This document shows, in pieces, positions 29,055 to 42,347 of a DNA stretch of 64,000 nucleotides. This stretch comes from Glycera tridactyla (taxonomy: Eukaryota), in contig OZ286472.1 in assembly GCA_965644265.1 (NCBI GenBank), forward strand, positions 51,336,001 through 51,400,000, given 5' to 3'. Numbering within the stretch: position 1 is the first letter of the stretch; every line of letters starts with the position of its first letter. The translations under genes and the position numbers were made by a program. Below the pieces are notes generated by a model that worked only from the letters and a program-made list of their open reading frames with translations, ran no database searches and was not told where the DNA came from.

Positions 29055-29230
29055 CAGTCGAACCTCCCTATAAAGACCGCCTTCGGTTGCATCAAAACGT
29101 GGCCTTTATGGGGAGGTGGTCTTTATAGAGGTCATTTACTGTTGAAAATACTACCACGGTTGCAGTTCAGGGCGGTCTTTATAGGGAGGTGGTCTTTATA
29201 GAGAGGTGGTCTTTAGAGAAGGTTCGACTG
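29055..29230. mobile_element. MITE, CAGTCGAACC family, TA TSD, well preserved
   Basis: ta|cagtcgaacct ... aggttcgactg|ta (11-bp perfect TIR). Confidence 0.9.
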
Positions 29231-29867
29231 TAGTCTCATCAGAGATCTCTCAAAATGTGGTCTTACAATACAGGTGGTCTCTGGTTGGCAATATAGTTGA
29301 CTATGTCAAATACAAAAGGTGTTTCCAAATGATAAATCTCTAAATGAGAGTATGGTTCCACCTAATGCATAATTTTAATGAGTACCAACAAATTAAGTGC
29401 AAACAAAAATTCTAGTGAATTATATCCCTGGAAGACGTAATCAGTCTCTACAATGGCTAGCACAAACATATCATTTTCACGTTTTAAAAACCAGTCATCA
29501 AATATGCATGCAATTTATATTGGCAAGGGATACTTCATCATCGTGAATGCTACGCCGGATTCCTGGTGGAGCAACTATCATGACACGGTGTTGTACCGAA
29601 AATGGTTCAATCAAATATTTTTTGGCTGAACAAACACTGCTGAAAGATATCAGCGTTAATTAAGACCCTAAACAAAAACCAACATGCTCGGTTGATGGAA
29701 GACAGGTGAAGCAAAAATCTATGAGAAATCGATGAATGCCAGTCAGCAGGAAAGTTTTTCAGATCATTCCATATAGAAGAAAATAGAAACAAAAACATGG
29801 ATCAAGTCAGGACTTCAGAATTCAATTAACCCGATAGCAGGTTGCTGCCTAAAACAAGTGGATTATA

Positions 29868-30043
29868 CAGTAAAACCTCTCCTGGTAGACTGCCCCAAAT
29901 GCCAACCATAAGTGGTCTCTCAAGAGAGGTGGTCTCTCAACGAAGGTATATTTGACGAAGCCAACTAGAAATGAATCAATGAAAAGCAGTCTCTCAGAAG
30001 AGGGTGGTCTCCCAAAAGAGCGGTCTCTCAAGAGGTTCCACTG
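29868..30043. mobile_element. MITE, TA TSD
   Basis: ta|cagtaaaacctct ... agaggttccactg|ta. Confidence 0.75.
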
Positions 30044-30342
30044 TAGTGAGATACTCCAGCAAGATATCAGAAAGCGGTTGCTGTAGCCAAGTGGTTGCTG
30101 GATACAGGTCCACTCACCACATAGATCTGATGTGTGAGAGCTCACATTCAATCACATCTGTAACAATAAATGTGCAGTGAGCAATAGATGCATGACCAAT
30201 CAATGTACAAGTGCAACATTGATTGCGTGATGCCGGACACTGATCTAGCCTTTGCCATCCGCAAATTACAGACCCAACATTTGTCTGCCACACAAGGCCC
30301 TGACCTCACTTCCTGCAAGTTCTCGACACATGACTGACTCTC

Positions 30343-30353
30343 TCACACGCACG

Positions 30354-30390
<37 letters not shown>
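30343..30390. repeat. (CA)n/(CGCA)n microsatellite
   Basis: Direct reading. Confidence 0.95.
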
Positions 30391-30391
<1 letters not shown>

Positions 30392-30394
30392 AGT

Positions 30395-30760
30395 GATCGA
30401 TTGATTGATTGATGTTCAACATGTACTTCATGAGTTCCTGGTCAAAGCTAGATATTCTGTCCCCTGCAGGCATCACTTACACACACCCTGAACACAAGAT
30501 GATGAGGAACCTGGATGGTTGTGTATTGGANNNNNNNNNNNNNNNNNNNNNNNNNNNNNNNNNNNNNNNNNNNNNNNNNNNNNNNNNNNNNNNNNNNNNN
30601 NNNNNNNNNNNNNNNNNNNNNNNNNNNNNNNNNNNNNNNNNNNNNNNNNNNNNNNNNNNNNNNNNNNNNNNNNNAACATATCAAACCTATTAACGGCATA
30701 TCTAACTATGTAACTGGCTGGGAGCTGACACTCAAGCCTGATAGAATGCTTTCTTTTTAA
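30395..30760 (-). mobile_element. SINE-like dispersed repeat with (TCAA)n tail, interrupted by the N gap 30531-30674; second copy ~33775-34060
   Basis: Shared blocks ctggtca..aagctagat..ctgtcccctgcag..accctgaaca.aagatgat and ggcatatctaac..gtaactggctgg.agctgacactc. Confidence 0.5.
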
Positions 30761-30785
30761 GCTGGTACCAGTGGAAATCTGAGAT

Positions 30786-32047
30786 AACAAGGCATAAATG
30801 CACAAATGGCACGCATGTGCGCCGCTAATTCATCCAAGCAGCTGAATCTAGCAAGCATAATCTTTCGTTCCAAGCAAAGATTTTCCATTTGATGGGCTTA
30901 TTTTGCTTTCAATGGTCAGGGCTCTACGTTGCTACCTGTGGGTAGCCAATTGCTACCAAATTTACCCTCTGGCTACCATATCTTAAAAGATAGGAGCCAG
31001 CCGCCCCTAAAATTTTGAGAGGCTGTAATTGGCAATGCATTGATTGGCTACCAAAATTTTGCAAATGGTACCAAATATTTCAATTTAGGAGCCAGCTGAT
31101 GGTGCATATATGGTGTAAATCTGGTGAATGTAGCTCCAAGCATTCTCATGTTATTGAAGTAACAAAGTATTTTTAATGTCAAGGTCATGACCTTGAAGGT
31201 GAAGGATGAGGTCAACCACATTTGATGGGATTATCCCCATTCATTGGTACATATCTGTATATGGTGTAACTCTGGTGAATGTAGCTCCAAGCATTCTCAT
31301 GTTATTGGAGTAACAAAATATTTTGAATGTCAAGGTCATGACCTTAAAGGTGAAAGTAGAGGTCAACCACATTCAAAGGCATTATCCCCCATTCATTGGT
31401 GCATATCTGGCAAAAATTTGTTGGACGTAGCTTGAAGTTATCAAAGTCAAGGTCATGACCTTGAAAATGAAGGTCAAGGTCACTGACATTTGATAGGCTT
31501 CTTTTGCTTTCAGCCCCACTCCCACCCCAAGCATCCCCCCCCCCATCCCATGGCCACTCGCTGCTGCTCCCACCCCCTGCCCTGCCCTCCACAATTTAAT
31601 CAAGAGATCAGACAGCTCTGCTGATATGTGAAAAGGCTCCACTCAGTGCAAAGACAGTTATATAACCGAGGACGAAATGTGACAAGGCTCCATTCATAGG
31701 ACCGGCAGTGTCATTACATAACAGCCTCGGTAATTGACATCATAAAATCCACTCTTTCCTATTCTGCTGGTAGAAAGTCGCTTTAAAATTCAGGATTCAT
31801 GCCTGGATAACTCATCTTCCGTGAAAGTTATCGGGACAATATTGATATCCCACATTCTGCCACCCATGATCTTTATGATTGCAAAATTTCAGAAATATTG
31901 CTCGATTAGTTACAGAGTAGTGGCTCAAAGAAAAACTTTAACCAAAAACTTTAACCAGGAAGTTTACGCCACACGGCCAAACGGCCGGACAGACAGAATC
32001 TGCGCCATTACATAGACACGCATTTTGCTCCGCATGCGTGCCAAAAA
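30786..32047. mobile_element. HINE-like element copy 2, containing a nested CAGGG-family insertion (30917-31098)
   Basis: Collinear with 2466-3785 from aacaaggcataaatgcac to cgcatgcgtgccaaaaa. Confidence 0.75.
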
Positions 32048-32522
32048 GCAGAAATAATTATATAATGGTGTTCTACCTGTCAGACTCTGTCTCAGCTATT
32101 CATGGTGTTGCTGAGTTAGTCATGAGTGGGATGTGTTGGCAACATTTTTCCTAATTAATAAAATGGTTAACTAGGTCACTCTTGCCATCAATAAGTGGAG
32201 CATCCAATTACTGGAAGTTGTAACATGGTTACAGGCTAATGGGTGTGGGCCAGACAAAGACAATGATGAAAAGCCAAAATGAGACCAAGTTCACCTACTA
32301 GTTGACAAAAACACATCTTCCAATGATCCAATATTGGGTTCATGGTCATTTACACCACTCAAATTGTGAAATTTTACCATGCCAAAATTTGCCCTGAGTG
32401 ATTTTCCACTCATCTTCAGATTATGGATTGAATGATGCAGTATAACCTGTAATTAGCATTGAAATTTGGTCCTTCAGTCAGCAGCTTGCTGGGTACAAGT
32501 ACGATAATTAGCAAAGGGACTA

Positions 32523-32914
32523 CAATGAGACCTGCAACATGAGACCCCCTGACAAGAGACCATCTCCAATGGGAGACTGCTTTTCCAGGGCACCTTATCT
32601 ATTTGACAGTAAAATATATCTATGATGACAGACCACCTGTTTTGAGACCACTCTTTGGTGAATTTAGGGTGGTCTCTCATCACAGGTTTCACTGTACAAT
32701 AAAACCTGCTTGAGACCACCTCTATACAAACACCACCTGCCCGCAGAGGATGACGAGAGACCCCCGAACAGAGACCACCTTCGACAGGAGACCACTTTTC
32801 TAGGCCAGCTTTTCTTTTTGACAAAGTCAAATATACCTCTGATGAAAGACCACCTCTTTTGAGAGACCGCTTTTTGGTGACATTCAGGACGGTCTCTTGT
32901 CGCAGGTTTCACTC
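32523..32914. mobile_element. Two adjacent CAGTGAAACCTG-family MITEs sharing a TA
   Basis: ...caggtttcactg|ta|caataaaacctg...caggtttcactc. Confidence 0.7.
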
Positions 32915-34575
32915 TATATTCTACTGTAAACACCCTCCAAAAAATGCCATCTGTTTACAAAGACCACTTTGTGATGCAACCAGGGGTGATTGATGGATTG
33001 ATCAAGTAGGGCTTAACGTCTCCAACCGAGGGTGGTCAGTGACATCAGGTTCAACCGTACGTTGAAGTGTTCCAGGAGGAAGGTAATTCCTCATCACAGG
33101 CATGCTCAAGGCAGAAATTCTCCACAAGTCAAGCAGCGTATACATGTCTACATCCCCACTAAACAACTTTGTGAAATGGGAAGGGAAATCAGGGAAATTC
33201 AACACTCAAGGGTTAAACTCGACGGAGGGGGGGGGGGGGACCATACATGGAAGTGCCACTGGGCACATGTTGATCTCTCGGTCCAGCGCTCAACATGTTA
33301 ATTATTTATTGACCTTCATAGTAGATGCGAGTAATCAACCACCAATGAACTCCCGCAGGATGACGATCCATTTCACCAAAAATCAACAGTACCAAAAATA
33401 TCAGTGGTGGTAGAATTTTCCTTCAGAAACTATGAAGCAATGACGGACACCAACTACTGACTTGTGCACACCTAGGAAGAAAATGTCCCAGCCTCTTCTA
33501 GGTGTTCTTTAGTGGGCCGTGTACCAAGCCGTATGACTCCCAGAGTGCTTGTCTATTGATCAGAGCTCAATGAAGAAATATATACGCACTCCAAGGGCCC
33601 AACTTGTGTAGCGAACAAATGATAGGTCTGAGTAAATCACTTTCATTCTCCCACCATCTCTCACAATGTTGTGATTTAGAAGCCTAAGTAATGAGTAGCA
33701 AAATGCAACTTAAATTCACCTAATTGTACAGAAAAAACATGGAGGGAGGCAACCTGTATTACCAAGGATTGATTATTTGATTGATCAATTGATTGATTGA
33801 TGTTTAATGGCATTTATCAACCCAGGGGATTATGTATGCTGTGTTTCTGGTCAATGAAAGCTAGATGATCTGTCCCCTGCAGACATACATGAACCCTGAA
33901 CAAAAGATGATAGGGAACCTGAAAGGATGTCAAGTGGAAATAGCAGACAGTTCAGACACACCTCTAACTACACAACTTGAATCTAATGATGGCATATCTA
34001 ACCAGTAACTGGCTGGAAGCTGACACTCGAGCCAGATAGCAATGCTTTCATTGTTCTGATCTATTTTTTACCCAAGTGCAGCAATTTCCACAATTGTACC
34101 ACAATTTCTTTCTCAGCCCACGAATAGATCAGTTAGTCGAGCTTTTCCAACCCACCTAACCGCAATAAATCAGGGCTTGACACTAAAGTTTTTAGCCCAC
34201 TTGCTCGCGTGCATGTGTTCCCTGCGTGTGTGTGCTTGCATATGCATGCATGCATTAATGTGTGTTGCTCAGTTATTCCTCATTCATATCAATGCATGAC
34301 CACATAACAATAAGCCAGTGTGGATCAAACAGACACAAATGGTCATAATGGCTGTTAATGGGCAGTGCTGGGTGTCAACAACTGACCACAATGGTCAGTG
34401 AGGGTCAGTCTGGGTCATCACCAACAAACCCTCGTGTGTCAATCCCAATAATGGGATTCACAGCAGGCATCACAATCATCCTAGGCCCAGTTACCCATGG
34501 CAACCAGGATTTGAGCTTGGCTATCACACCTCTACCTAAGGCTTGCCCTACTTGCAAAAGCAGGCTACCAGGTAT

Positions 34576-34790
34576 CAGGGCTCTACATAAACTTTTTTTC
34601 TAGCTGTCCTTCGGGCAGATGAAGTTTGATTTTCACCTGCCCTCCCTGTCATTTCACCTTCCCTCCTACATAGCCTATAAATGATGGTGGAGTACCTGCC
34701 CATAAGGCAGGCAGACTGGTAAAATCACCTGCCCTAAACAATGAATCTGCCTGCCTGTGCCAGTAGGGTAACCCTTACCATAGAGCCCTG
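34576..34790. mobile_element. CAGGGCTCTA-ended MITE with 5-bp TSD (hAT5-like)
   Basis: ggtat|cagggctcta ... tagagccctg|ggtat. Confidence 0.85.
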
Positions 34791-35407
34791 GGTATTTCTA
34801 GGACTACCCTATTTGTATGAACAGGTAGAATACAGTAACTGCTATGGTACTTTGTATTAGTTTATATCAATTTGCCTGCCTGATAGGCAGCCAAAAAAAC
34901 ATCATCCAATTCATGTTTCCAAACTGAGGCAGGGCAGGTGAACGTGTTAGAGAGGGCTGGAGTGAATTCAAACTCTTCAACCTGAGGGGTATTGAAGTGA
35001 GAAGTTATGGTAGAGCATGCCCCAAAAATGGTGACTCATTCAAGTAGACTCATACCATTCATGAACGACAGTTGTGGTTACTCAGACCAGAAATGAAAAG
35101 TTGCACTTAGTCTGAAGAGGGATAAGTGTGAAAAAAAACGTAATGATTGTTCTCCTCACATCCGGATTACATGTCCTACATGGTGAAAGACACATAAAGG
35201 CGGTAATGGGGCACTTGCAACCATAAATAATTCGCCAAATGGTACATATAATTCTGCATACTTTGATGAAATAACACAGTTTGGAGTACATCAAAATGGA
35301 AAATGGCACATTGCAACTCCATCAAAGTGTCTAGAAGATCCATCCATTTTCTATAGTTGGAAAATCCCCTAGCTTGACCCACTCATCCTGTAGTCAGACT
35401 GCAAATA

Positions 35408-35577
35408 CAGTGAAACATGCGATGAGAGACCCCTTGATGAGACCACCCAGGATGGGAGACCGCTCCTGCAGGGCAGCTATCCTATTTGACATGATCCAAT
35501 ATACCTTGGTAAGAGACCACCTCTTTCAAGACCACTTTCTGGTGAAATTTAGGGTGGGCTCTCATCAGATTTCAGTG
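35408..35577. mobile_element. MITE, CAGTGAAACCTG family, TA TSD
   Basis: ta|cagtgaaacatg ... cagatttcagtg|ta. Confidence 0.7.
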
Positions 35578-36449
35578 TACACATTACCAACAATCAAGGT
35601 GACATCCAATAAATTCGGATTCAGAGTAACAGTTGACAACGCAAATAGTTTAGGCCATGTCTGTCCATGACTTGATTATTTCACAGGATTTTTTATTCTT
35701 CCATGCCAGACGTTTATCCATTGCAGAACAAATACAATTCAATCGTAGATCAGAAACTTTCGAATCAAATGCATTTAGGTATCTCCAGGGTTAAAAGTCC
35801 TCTGTTTCAAAACTATGGGCAATTTCCCCATTTCTGGGCCTGTGGGCTGAGGGGATCACCCACCTATTTCCCCCACCTGACCGGGCAGTCACCCATGCCA
35901 TGAAATGAGGCATGATTTCACACACGACAGCCTTCAACCAATTTACAAAGTGCTGCTGGCCCAGTATGCCCCAGGCTTGACTATGGCAGGCAGCCAGGCA
36001 GGAGTATCATCCTATCCTTACATCTCATTAAAATGGGGAAGTCTGGGAAATGTCAATCCCACAATTCAAAGCAGGGTGAGAAGAGATAGCGGCCAGGGCT
36101 GGTGGATTTTCCAGGTGGGTAGGCGGAAAATGATCATAAATACAATGCACATATATAAGCAGGGCAGGTCAATTTCCCTACAACCTGAGCCTCAATTCCC
36201 TATCACTTTCAACAAGGTGAAACCTATGATGAGACCACCTTGAAGGTCACCAAAAAACTGGTCATGAAAGAGGTGATCTCTCATCTGAGGTATGTTTGAG
36301 ATATGTCAAAAGAAAAGCTACTCTGAGGAAGTGGTCTCGAAATGGAGGTGTTCCCATGCTGCAGGTTCTATAAAAAATCATCATCATCATCTATCATTAT
36401 CATTTATCATTGTTATTATCATTTATTATTATTATTATTATTATTATTA

Positions 36450-37030
36450 CTGTAGTCTCGCGCGTGTACGCGCAGTGAGCGAAATCGTGACATTTTGACG
36501 AAACGGGGGATGCGCGTACGTCCGAAGATGCGCGTATAGTACTTTCGTGCAAAAGCGCACCTTGTCGAAACTATCTGGTTTTTGCTTTATTCTTCGCCAT
36601 ATCACGTGGAACGAAGCACTTTCCAACACCCGGCCGCCATTTTTCTTGATGATGTAAATATTAACTTTATTTCTCCCATGATGCTTTGCGCCTGCGAACC
36701 CTAGTCCCGACAGAACCGTCTTCGATCGAATATTTGTATGACACAAATAGAGAACGAGGTTGGGGTTGGAGGGAACAGGGTACACACGATTAATATTTTC
36801 CAACATCTCCCATCATGCAATGCGTGAAGGAGACGGATACAAGATGGCGATTCGTTGACAATGATAAGTAAAAAGATCGATTTCTCGTTAATTCTTTCGG
36901 GTTTCACACATTTCAACCGTGATTTTTCGAGGGTGTGCGTATGCGCGAGGACATGCGCGTATTCCGAGATTTTGACAAAACGGGGGATGCGCGTTTGTCC
37001 GAACCTGCGTGTACACGCGCGAGACTACAG
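36450..37030. mobile_element. 581-bp TIR element inserted in a (TAT)n microsatellite, TA TSD
   Basis: ta|ctgtagtctcgcgcgtgtac ... gtacacgcgcgagactacag|ta; TAT repeats on both flanks. Confidence 0.85.
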
Positions 37031-37703
37031 TATTATTATTATCATTATTATGGCTTTGTATTTTTTCTGATGAAAATGTGATATTTTCCTTATTGTTTCG
37101 GTGATTCAAGACAATTTCTGAGCCAAATGTTTCTTCACAACTATGGATTCACAATACTAGAATTTTCAGCCCAGCCTATGACACAGTCGGTACCTTCACA
37201 TAATCCACTGTCAGAACCAGGAGAAAACCGGCTCAAATGTCATTATGGCCGAGCTAGAATGTGGATGTCCATGCTGGATGAGAAATTGGGATGTGCAGTC
37301 CGACAGCTACTTGTCCACTTGTCCATGTGCACTTGTCAAACTGTATCTGCATAATAAACACTCACTCCCAGTCACCAAGCACACTCTTGATCACTCACCC
37401 ACTCTCCATCATGTCAGAAACATGACGTCCAACTGACAACCCTCTCAGAGATATCATTTATTCTGCTAACTCAGCAGATACGAAGAATACCATACTACCA
37501 TTTCTGGCCATCTAAGCAGACCTCCATCCTGAGAGTATGGTCTCAGCTTGAGGGATCTTTAGGTTCCTTGTGGAGAAGCAATTTTCAGGAGACACCCTGA
37601 AATTTTCATTCTCAAAGATAGTGGTAGAAAATGGGCAGACACCCTGATATTTCAAGGAATATGTTATTTTGGACACCCTGTTTGAAAATCCTGAAAACCA
37701 ATG

Positions 37704-38630
37704 CAGGGTTCGCACAGGATCAGGCCCAAAAAAATCAAGGCCTTTCAAGGCCATTACAAGGCCCTCCCAAGAAATTGGCAAGGCCCCTCGAAGGAATTCC
37801 ACAAAACATGGAAACGCCAAAGAATTTGATAAAACATGCAAGAATGATGAGCTAATAGGCATAGTTTCATCATTATTGACATTTTTCTACTGGTTGAATG
37901 AAGTTTTGTAAAGAAATAAGGTCTGAAAACTAGTCAGATCTGAGAATATTTGCGATTTCCGACAGCGACAGACAGCAGGCACCCCGATTGGTAACGAATG
38001 AGAAAAATATCGTTATTCGCCGGATTTTTCGCTGAGAAACATTTCAAAGCCCTAATATCGCCATTTCCACAAACGAATGTCATTTTGTTAGCATTTTATC
38101 CCAAGAATCCACGTTCAATCGAAAAAATCCGAGTCAGAATTGAACGAGCCATCCAAGATGGCGGCCACCTTGCTGAGCACGTGTTTCACAAAGTGCCGTC
38201 GAGAAAAACTCGACACATATCGTATTTTTACATGATATGTATTTTTCTGTTACTTAATCGACATTTGCGCTGGAAATTGCCATTTTGAGGGTAGTTTATC
38301 GTATGATTCGCGTATCAAACAAAAAAGTTCACGTCTGATGTTTATATTGATCATGTGATCGCTGGTAGCCAAGATGGCGGCATCCATGCTCTTCAGGTGC
38401 CTCACGTTAAATAAACGCAATTAACTCGGATTATCGGCTCAAGTAACGTCATTGTCTTCACGAAGGACCGTTGAGAATTGAATCTAAGTGGTAATTACGA
38501 GTACAAGGCCTGTATTGACGAAAATCAGGCCCAATTTGAAATTATAGCCAAATATTTTTACCAGGCCCTCAACAAATTCCCCAAGGCTCGCTTCAAACGA
38601 CAAGGCCTTGCAAGGCCCGTGCGAACCCTG
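37704..38630. mobile_element. 927-bp CAGGG-ended non-autonomous element with 5-bp TSD (hAT5-like)
   Basis: caatg|cagggttcgcac ... gtgcgaaccctg|caatg; subterminal aggcc repeats. Confidence 0.9.
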
Positions 38631-39953
38631 CAATGTGAGATAAGGCAGCAATAGTTTTGATTCACTTAAAATCCCATCCCTGATTTAGGAATGAGGTGAT
38701 TGAGCAGTAGTCTTGGCAGAGCAGTCACTTCACACAATCTCCGACCCACTCAAAGTAACAATATTGTGCCAATAAGGATGATGTAGGGGCCAATGAGCAC
38801 ACATGTTCAAGGTGCCCAGACTGTTCTAATATTGATACCCCCCCTCCAGGCTAAGGAGTTCAGTCGCAGTGGCCGGCTGCCAAATGCAGTATACAGACAG
38901 ACTGATTATGCACAATCAATAAGGAAGATCCTGCACCAGTTTATTATCAGGGTCACCTTGGTTGGTTCTCTCATAACTGCATAGAGGTCTCTTCCACACA
39001 CTTTCTGCTGGGTCCATCTGTATATTTCAACCAACTGAAGTCAGAATTGAACAGGGACCAGGGCTACTAAACAATTCCAACTATCTACTAATAGCACCTC
39101 TTCAAGTCATATGACCTGGCTCCAACCCCAACTATTATGTGATTTTGAGACCTTGCATAAGTCACAGGTCCAGGGTGCAAGCTTTCTCCCCAGGGTGAGA
39201 AAACATCAAAAAAGTCAACCTGCACCCTGGAAAATCAACCTGCCCTGCTTATATATGCAAGTCATTTATAATGATTTTCCACCTGCCCACCCATGAAATC
39301 TACCTGTCCCGGGCAGGTGGGCCGCTATCTCTTTTTGCCCTGCTCCCCCACTTTCACTGTGAGCTTCATAAAATCCTACTATTCCAATGCGGTGAGAACA
39401 ATAATTTTGGTGATATTGTTGAACCACAAAAAACTAGTGAAGCAGTGAATTTTCCAAGAAAGACTCAAGAGCATCAATCACTTTCTGATTCACATGAACT
39501 TGTTCCCTCCTAGTGAAGAAGAGGGGTTCAAAGAGCCTGTCATGACAGTGACAAAGTTCTTCCATAGAAACTCCAATGAGGGGGTGGTCTGCAGGTGAAG
39601 TATGTTCACTCTGAGAAAACCTCCATTCTGTAATATATTCAAGAAGATTGAGGTGCTCCAAAATTGAACAGACTATAACAATGAAATAATAAAAATCATA
39701 CCCATATAAACATAAACAATTACATACAATGAAATCATTACGAGCACCACAGATTACGGAATAAATTACCATGATTACTGCCCCCTACCCGAGCCAATCA
39801 GTGCCTAGTATCACATAACACTTTACATGTAATTGTATGATTAGCTTCATCATCTACTAATGACCATGAAATGGCTTATTATGTACAATAACACCCCACA
39901 CTTCTGCATGACATACTTAATGTCTGTGTTGAAAACTATACTGTTTCCAGTGC

Positions 39954-40533
39954 CAGTGTTCGAATTCACGCCGTCATCATATCAAATTACGCAGCGATTT
40001 TAGATGGAACGCCAAAACGCGACGAACTTGCCGTCCCCGGGACGCATCTTTATAAGGTTTAATAATTGCGGAAATTAACAAGAAAGCGAGGAGAAACGTC
40101 AACGAAGTCAAAACGACGAATCCCGGCCGCCATTTTGTTTATTGATATCTCGTTTGAGCTCTCGCGCCAAAACCGGAAGTGACGAGATCTGACGTTTTTC
40201 TTAATTTTTCAAGCAGAAATCGAAAGTTTATCGCCAATTTGTAGTTGTTTCGCTTAATTCATGGCCACGCAGGCTATTTATTAATAGTTCTTTGATAAAT
40301 TCCCTACGAAATGATGTTTTTATGTTGAAATTGACGAACTCTCGTCTGGCCGCGAGACTTCACGTCGTATGCGAGAAAACGCGAGATTTCGGCCGGATCA
40401 TCGAGTTTTAGTTTCGGTTTGTGTAACTGGGGATATAAGGCTTGGGGACTCCAAATAATGGGCGGGGACTCAAAAATTGGAGTCCTCTGTAGTCCCAGGG
40501 ACTCCAAATTTTTCAGCCCGAGCGCGAACACTG
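39954..40533. mobile_element. 580-bp CAGTG-ended non-autonomous element with 5-bp TSD (hAT5-like)
   Basis: agtgc|cagtgttcg ... cgaacactg|agtgc. Confidence 0.85.
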
Positions 40534-40743
40534 AGTGCTCATCACCTATTAGGCTTTTACAAGAAAACAGGACTTGAATGTTAAGGGTTGCCCTATTGCC
40601 CTGGGCAGGTAAATAACCAATGCCTACTTTCCCAAATGGCAAGTACATTTCAGGAATATTCATATACATGTACTTCAGTGTGGCAAGAATATTTAATATT
40701 CAGGCAAGTACACAACTACTTGCCCGAGGCCACAGGGCAAGTA

Positions 40744-41373
40744 CCGTATTCTCCCTAATTAGCGCCCCGGGGCGCTTGCTAATTGAGAAAGGGGGGCGCT
40801 TATTGGTTCAAAATGTCAAAAATCGCCGATGGGCGATAATGGGGTATTTTGGCAAACAAACGCCGTTGGCAGGTGAAATATCGAGGAAACATTCAATAAA
40901 TCTATTCCTCGGGTTCTGTTAGTGACAAATAGGGGTAAGAACGGAGAAACTGCATCAATATGACGAATATTTGCCGAATAAACCAGTGTAAACAGTGGCG
41001 TCTGTATAACCACTCTGACTTTGACAAGTCAATCGTGTTTTCAGGCACTTCGTTGCCGCGATAAATACCAACGAAACATCAAACTCACAGTGAAAACGAT
41101 CGTGCGAATGAATTCCTAGGTGTAAAATGGTGTAGTATCCATGCAAAAATTTCGAAAATCCGTCGAATATTCGCCGAAAACAACGGAAATATCGAGCGGC
41201 AAGCAGTGGCAGCATCACCCACGTGCTTGCCACCATGTTGGATCTGGCTTACTCGCTGGCTCAGAAAAGGCGGGAAATTCAAACATCCGGGACTGTCAAA
41301 GCTCCCCCGGGAGGGAGGGGGGGGGGGGGGGGGGGCGCTTATGAGGGTCGGGCGCTAATTAGGGAGAATACGG
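40744..41373. mobile_element. 630-bp non-autonomous Tc1/mariner (pogo/Fot1-like) element, TA TSD
   Basis: ta|ccgtattctccctaattagcgccc ... gggcgctaattagggagaatacgg|ta (24-bp TIR). Confidence 0.9.
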
Positions 41374-41752
41374 TATGCTTAAAACTTTAGCATCAAGCCC
41401 TGAGAAAATGACTATATTTGGCTTGGGCAAACACATACCCCTCTGTTGGTCTCCTGAGTGGCAATAATATATAGTTGAACCTGTCTTAAGTATGCAGCTG
41501 AGGGTATGGAGAAAGTGCAATGCAAGAATTGCCTCTTTCAACAATATTGCATTCATCTCTCAATGGAAAACTATCACCGTTAAAACTCTCCCCAGGCTGC
41601 TGCCGCTCAAGCAAACCTTTTTCCTATCACATTTTGAATCAATTGTGATTAAATGTAATTGGTGATTAATTATCTTATCAATTTCAATCAATCACCGACA
41701 ATAATTACTAGTAGCTGGGACAGTGAGATTCTGATGAGTCAGTATATAGGTA

Positions 41753-41912
41753 AAGTAAAACCTGTGTATAGTGGAAAGTCACAGGCCAGATTTTTCTTTT
41801 CACTGCAGACAGGATTTCACTATATACAGGTCAATTATAGTGAGAAAAAAAATGTTCGGGCCAGATTTTTCTTTTCACTGTAGACAGGATTTCACTGTAG
41901 CAGGTTTTACTG
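41753..41912. mobile_element. MITE, TA TSD (related to 28233-28409 and 63922-64000)
   Basis: ta|aagtaaaacctg ... caggttttactg|ta. Confidence 0.75.
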
Positions 41913-42169
41913 TAGTGTGAGATTGCTATTCTTTATTGTGGAGTTTTCAAATCCCTTCGTTGGAATCTTACTAATAGAAAAAAATTCTGTCCCACCTATT
42001 TGAAGTGCAGCTAAACAATTCCTCCTGTTAGTAGCAAGAGCTGGCCAAAGACAGGTTTCCTTTTCGTGAATAACATATGGTACCAAATTAAATCATGCTT
42101 TATCAAATGACATTCTCTTAAAACAAGTGAATGCTCAAGTACAGGTGGTCGCTCAGGCAGTTTCAACTA

Positions 42170-42347
42170 CAGTCGAACCTCTTCTAAAGACCATCTCTCT
42201 ATAAAGACCACCTCACTATGAAGACCACCCTGAGCTGCAACTGTGGTAGCATTTTCAACAGTAAATGACTTCTCTATAAAGTCCACCTCCCACTGAAGGC
42301 CACATTTTGATGCCACTGAAGCTGGTCTTTATAGATAGGTTCGACTA
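42170..42347. mobile_element. MITE, CAGTCGAACC family, TA TSD
   Basis: ta|cagtcgaacct ... aggttcgacta|ta. Confidence 0.8.
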
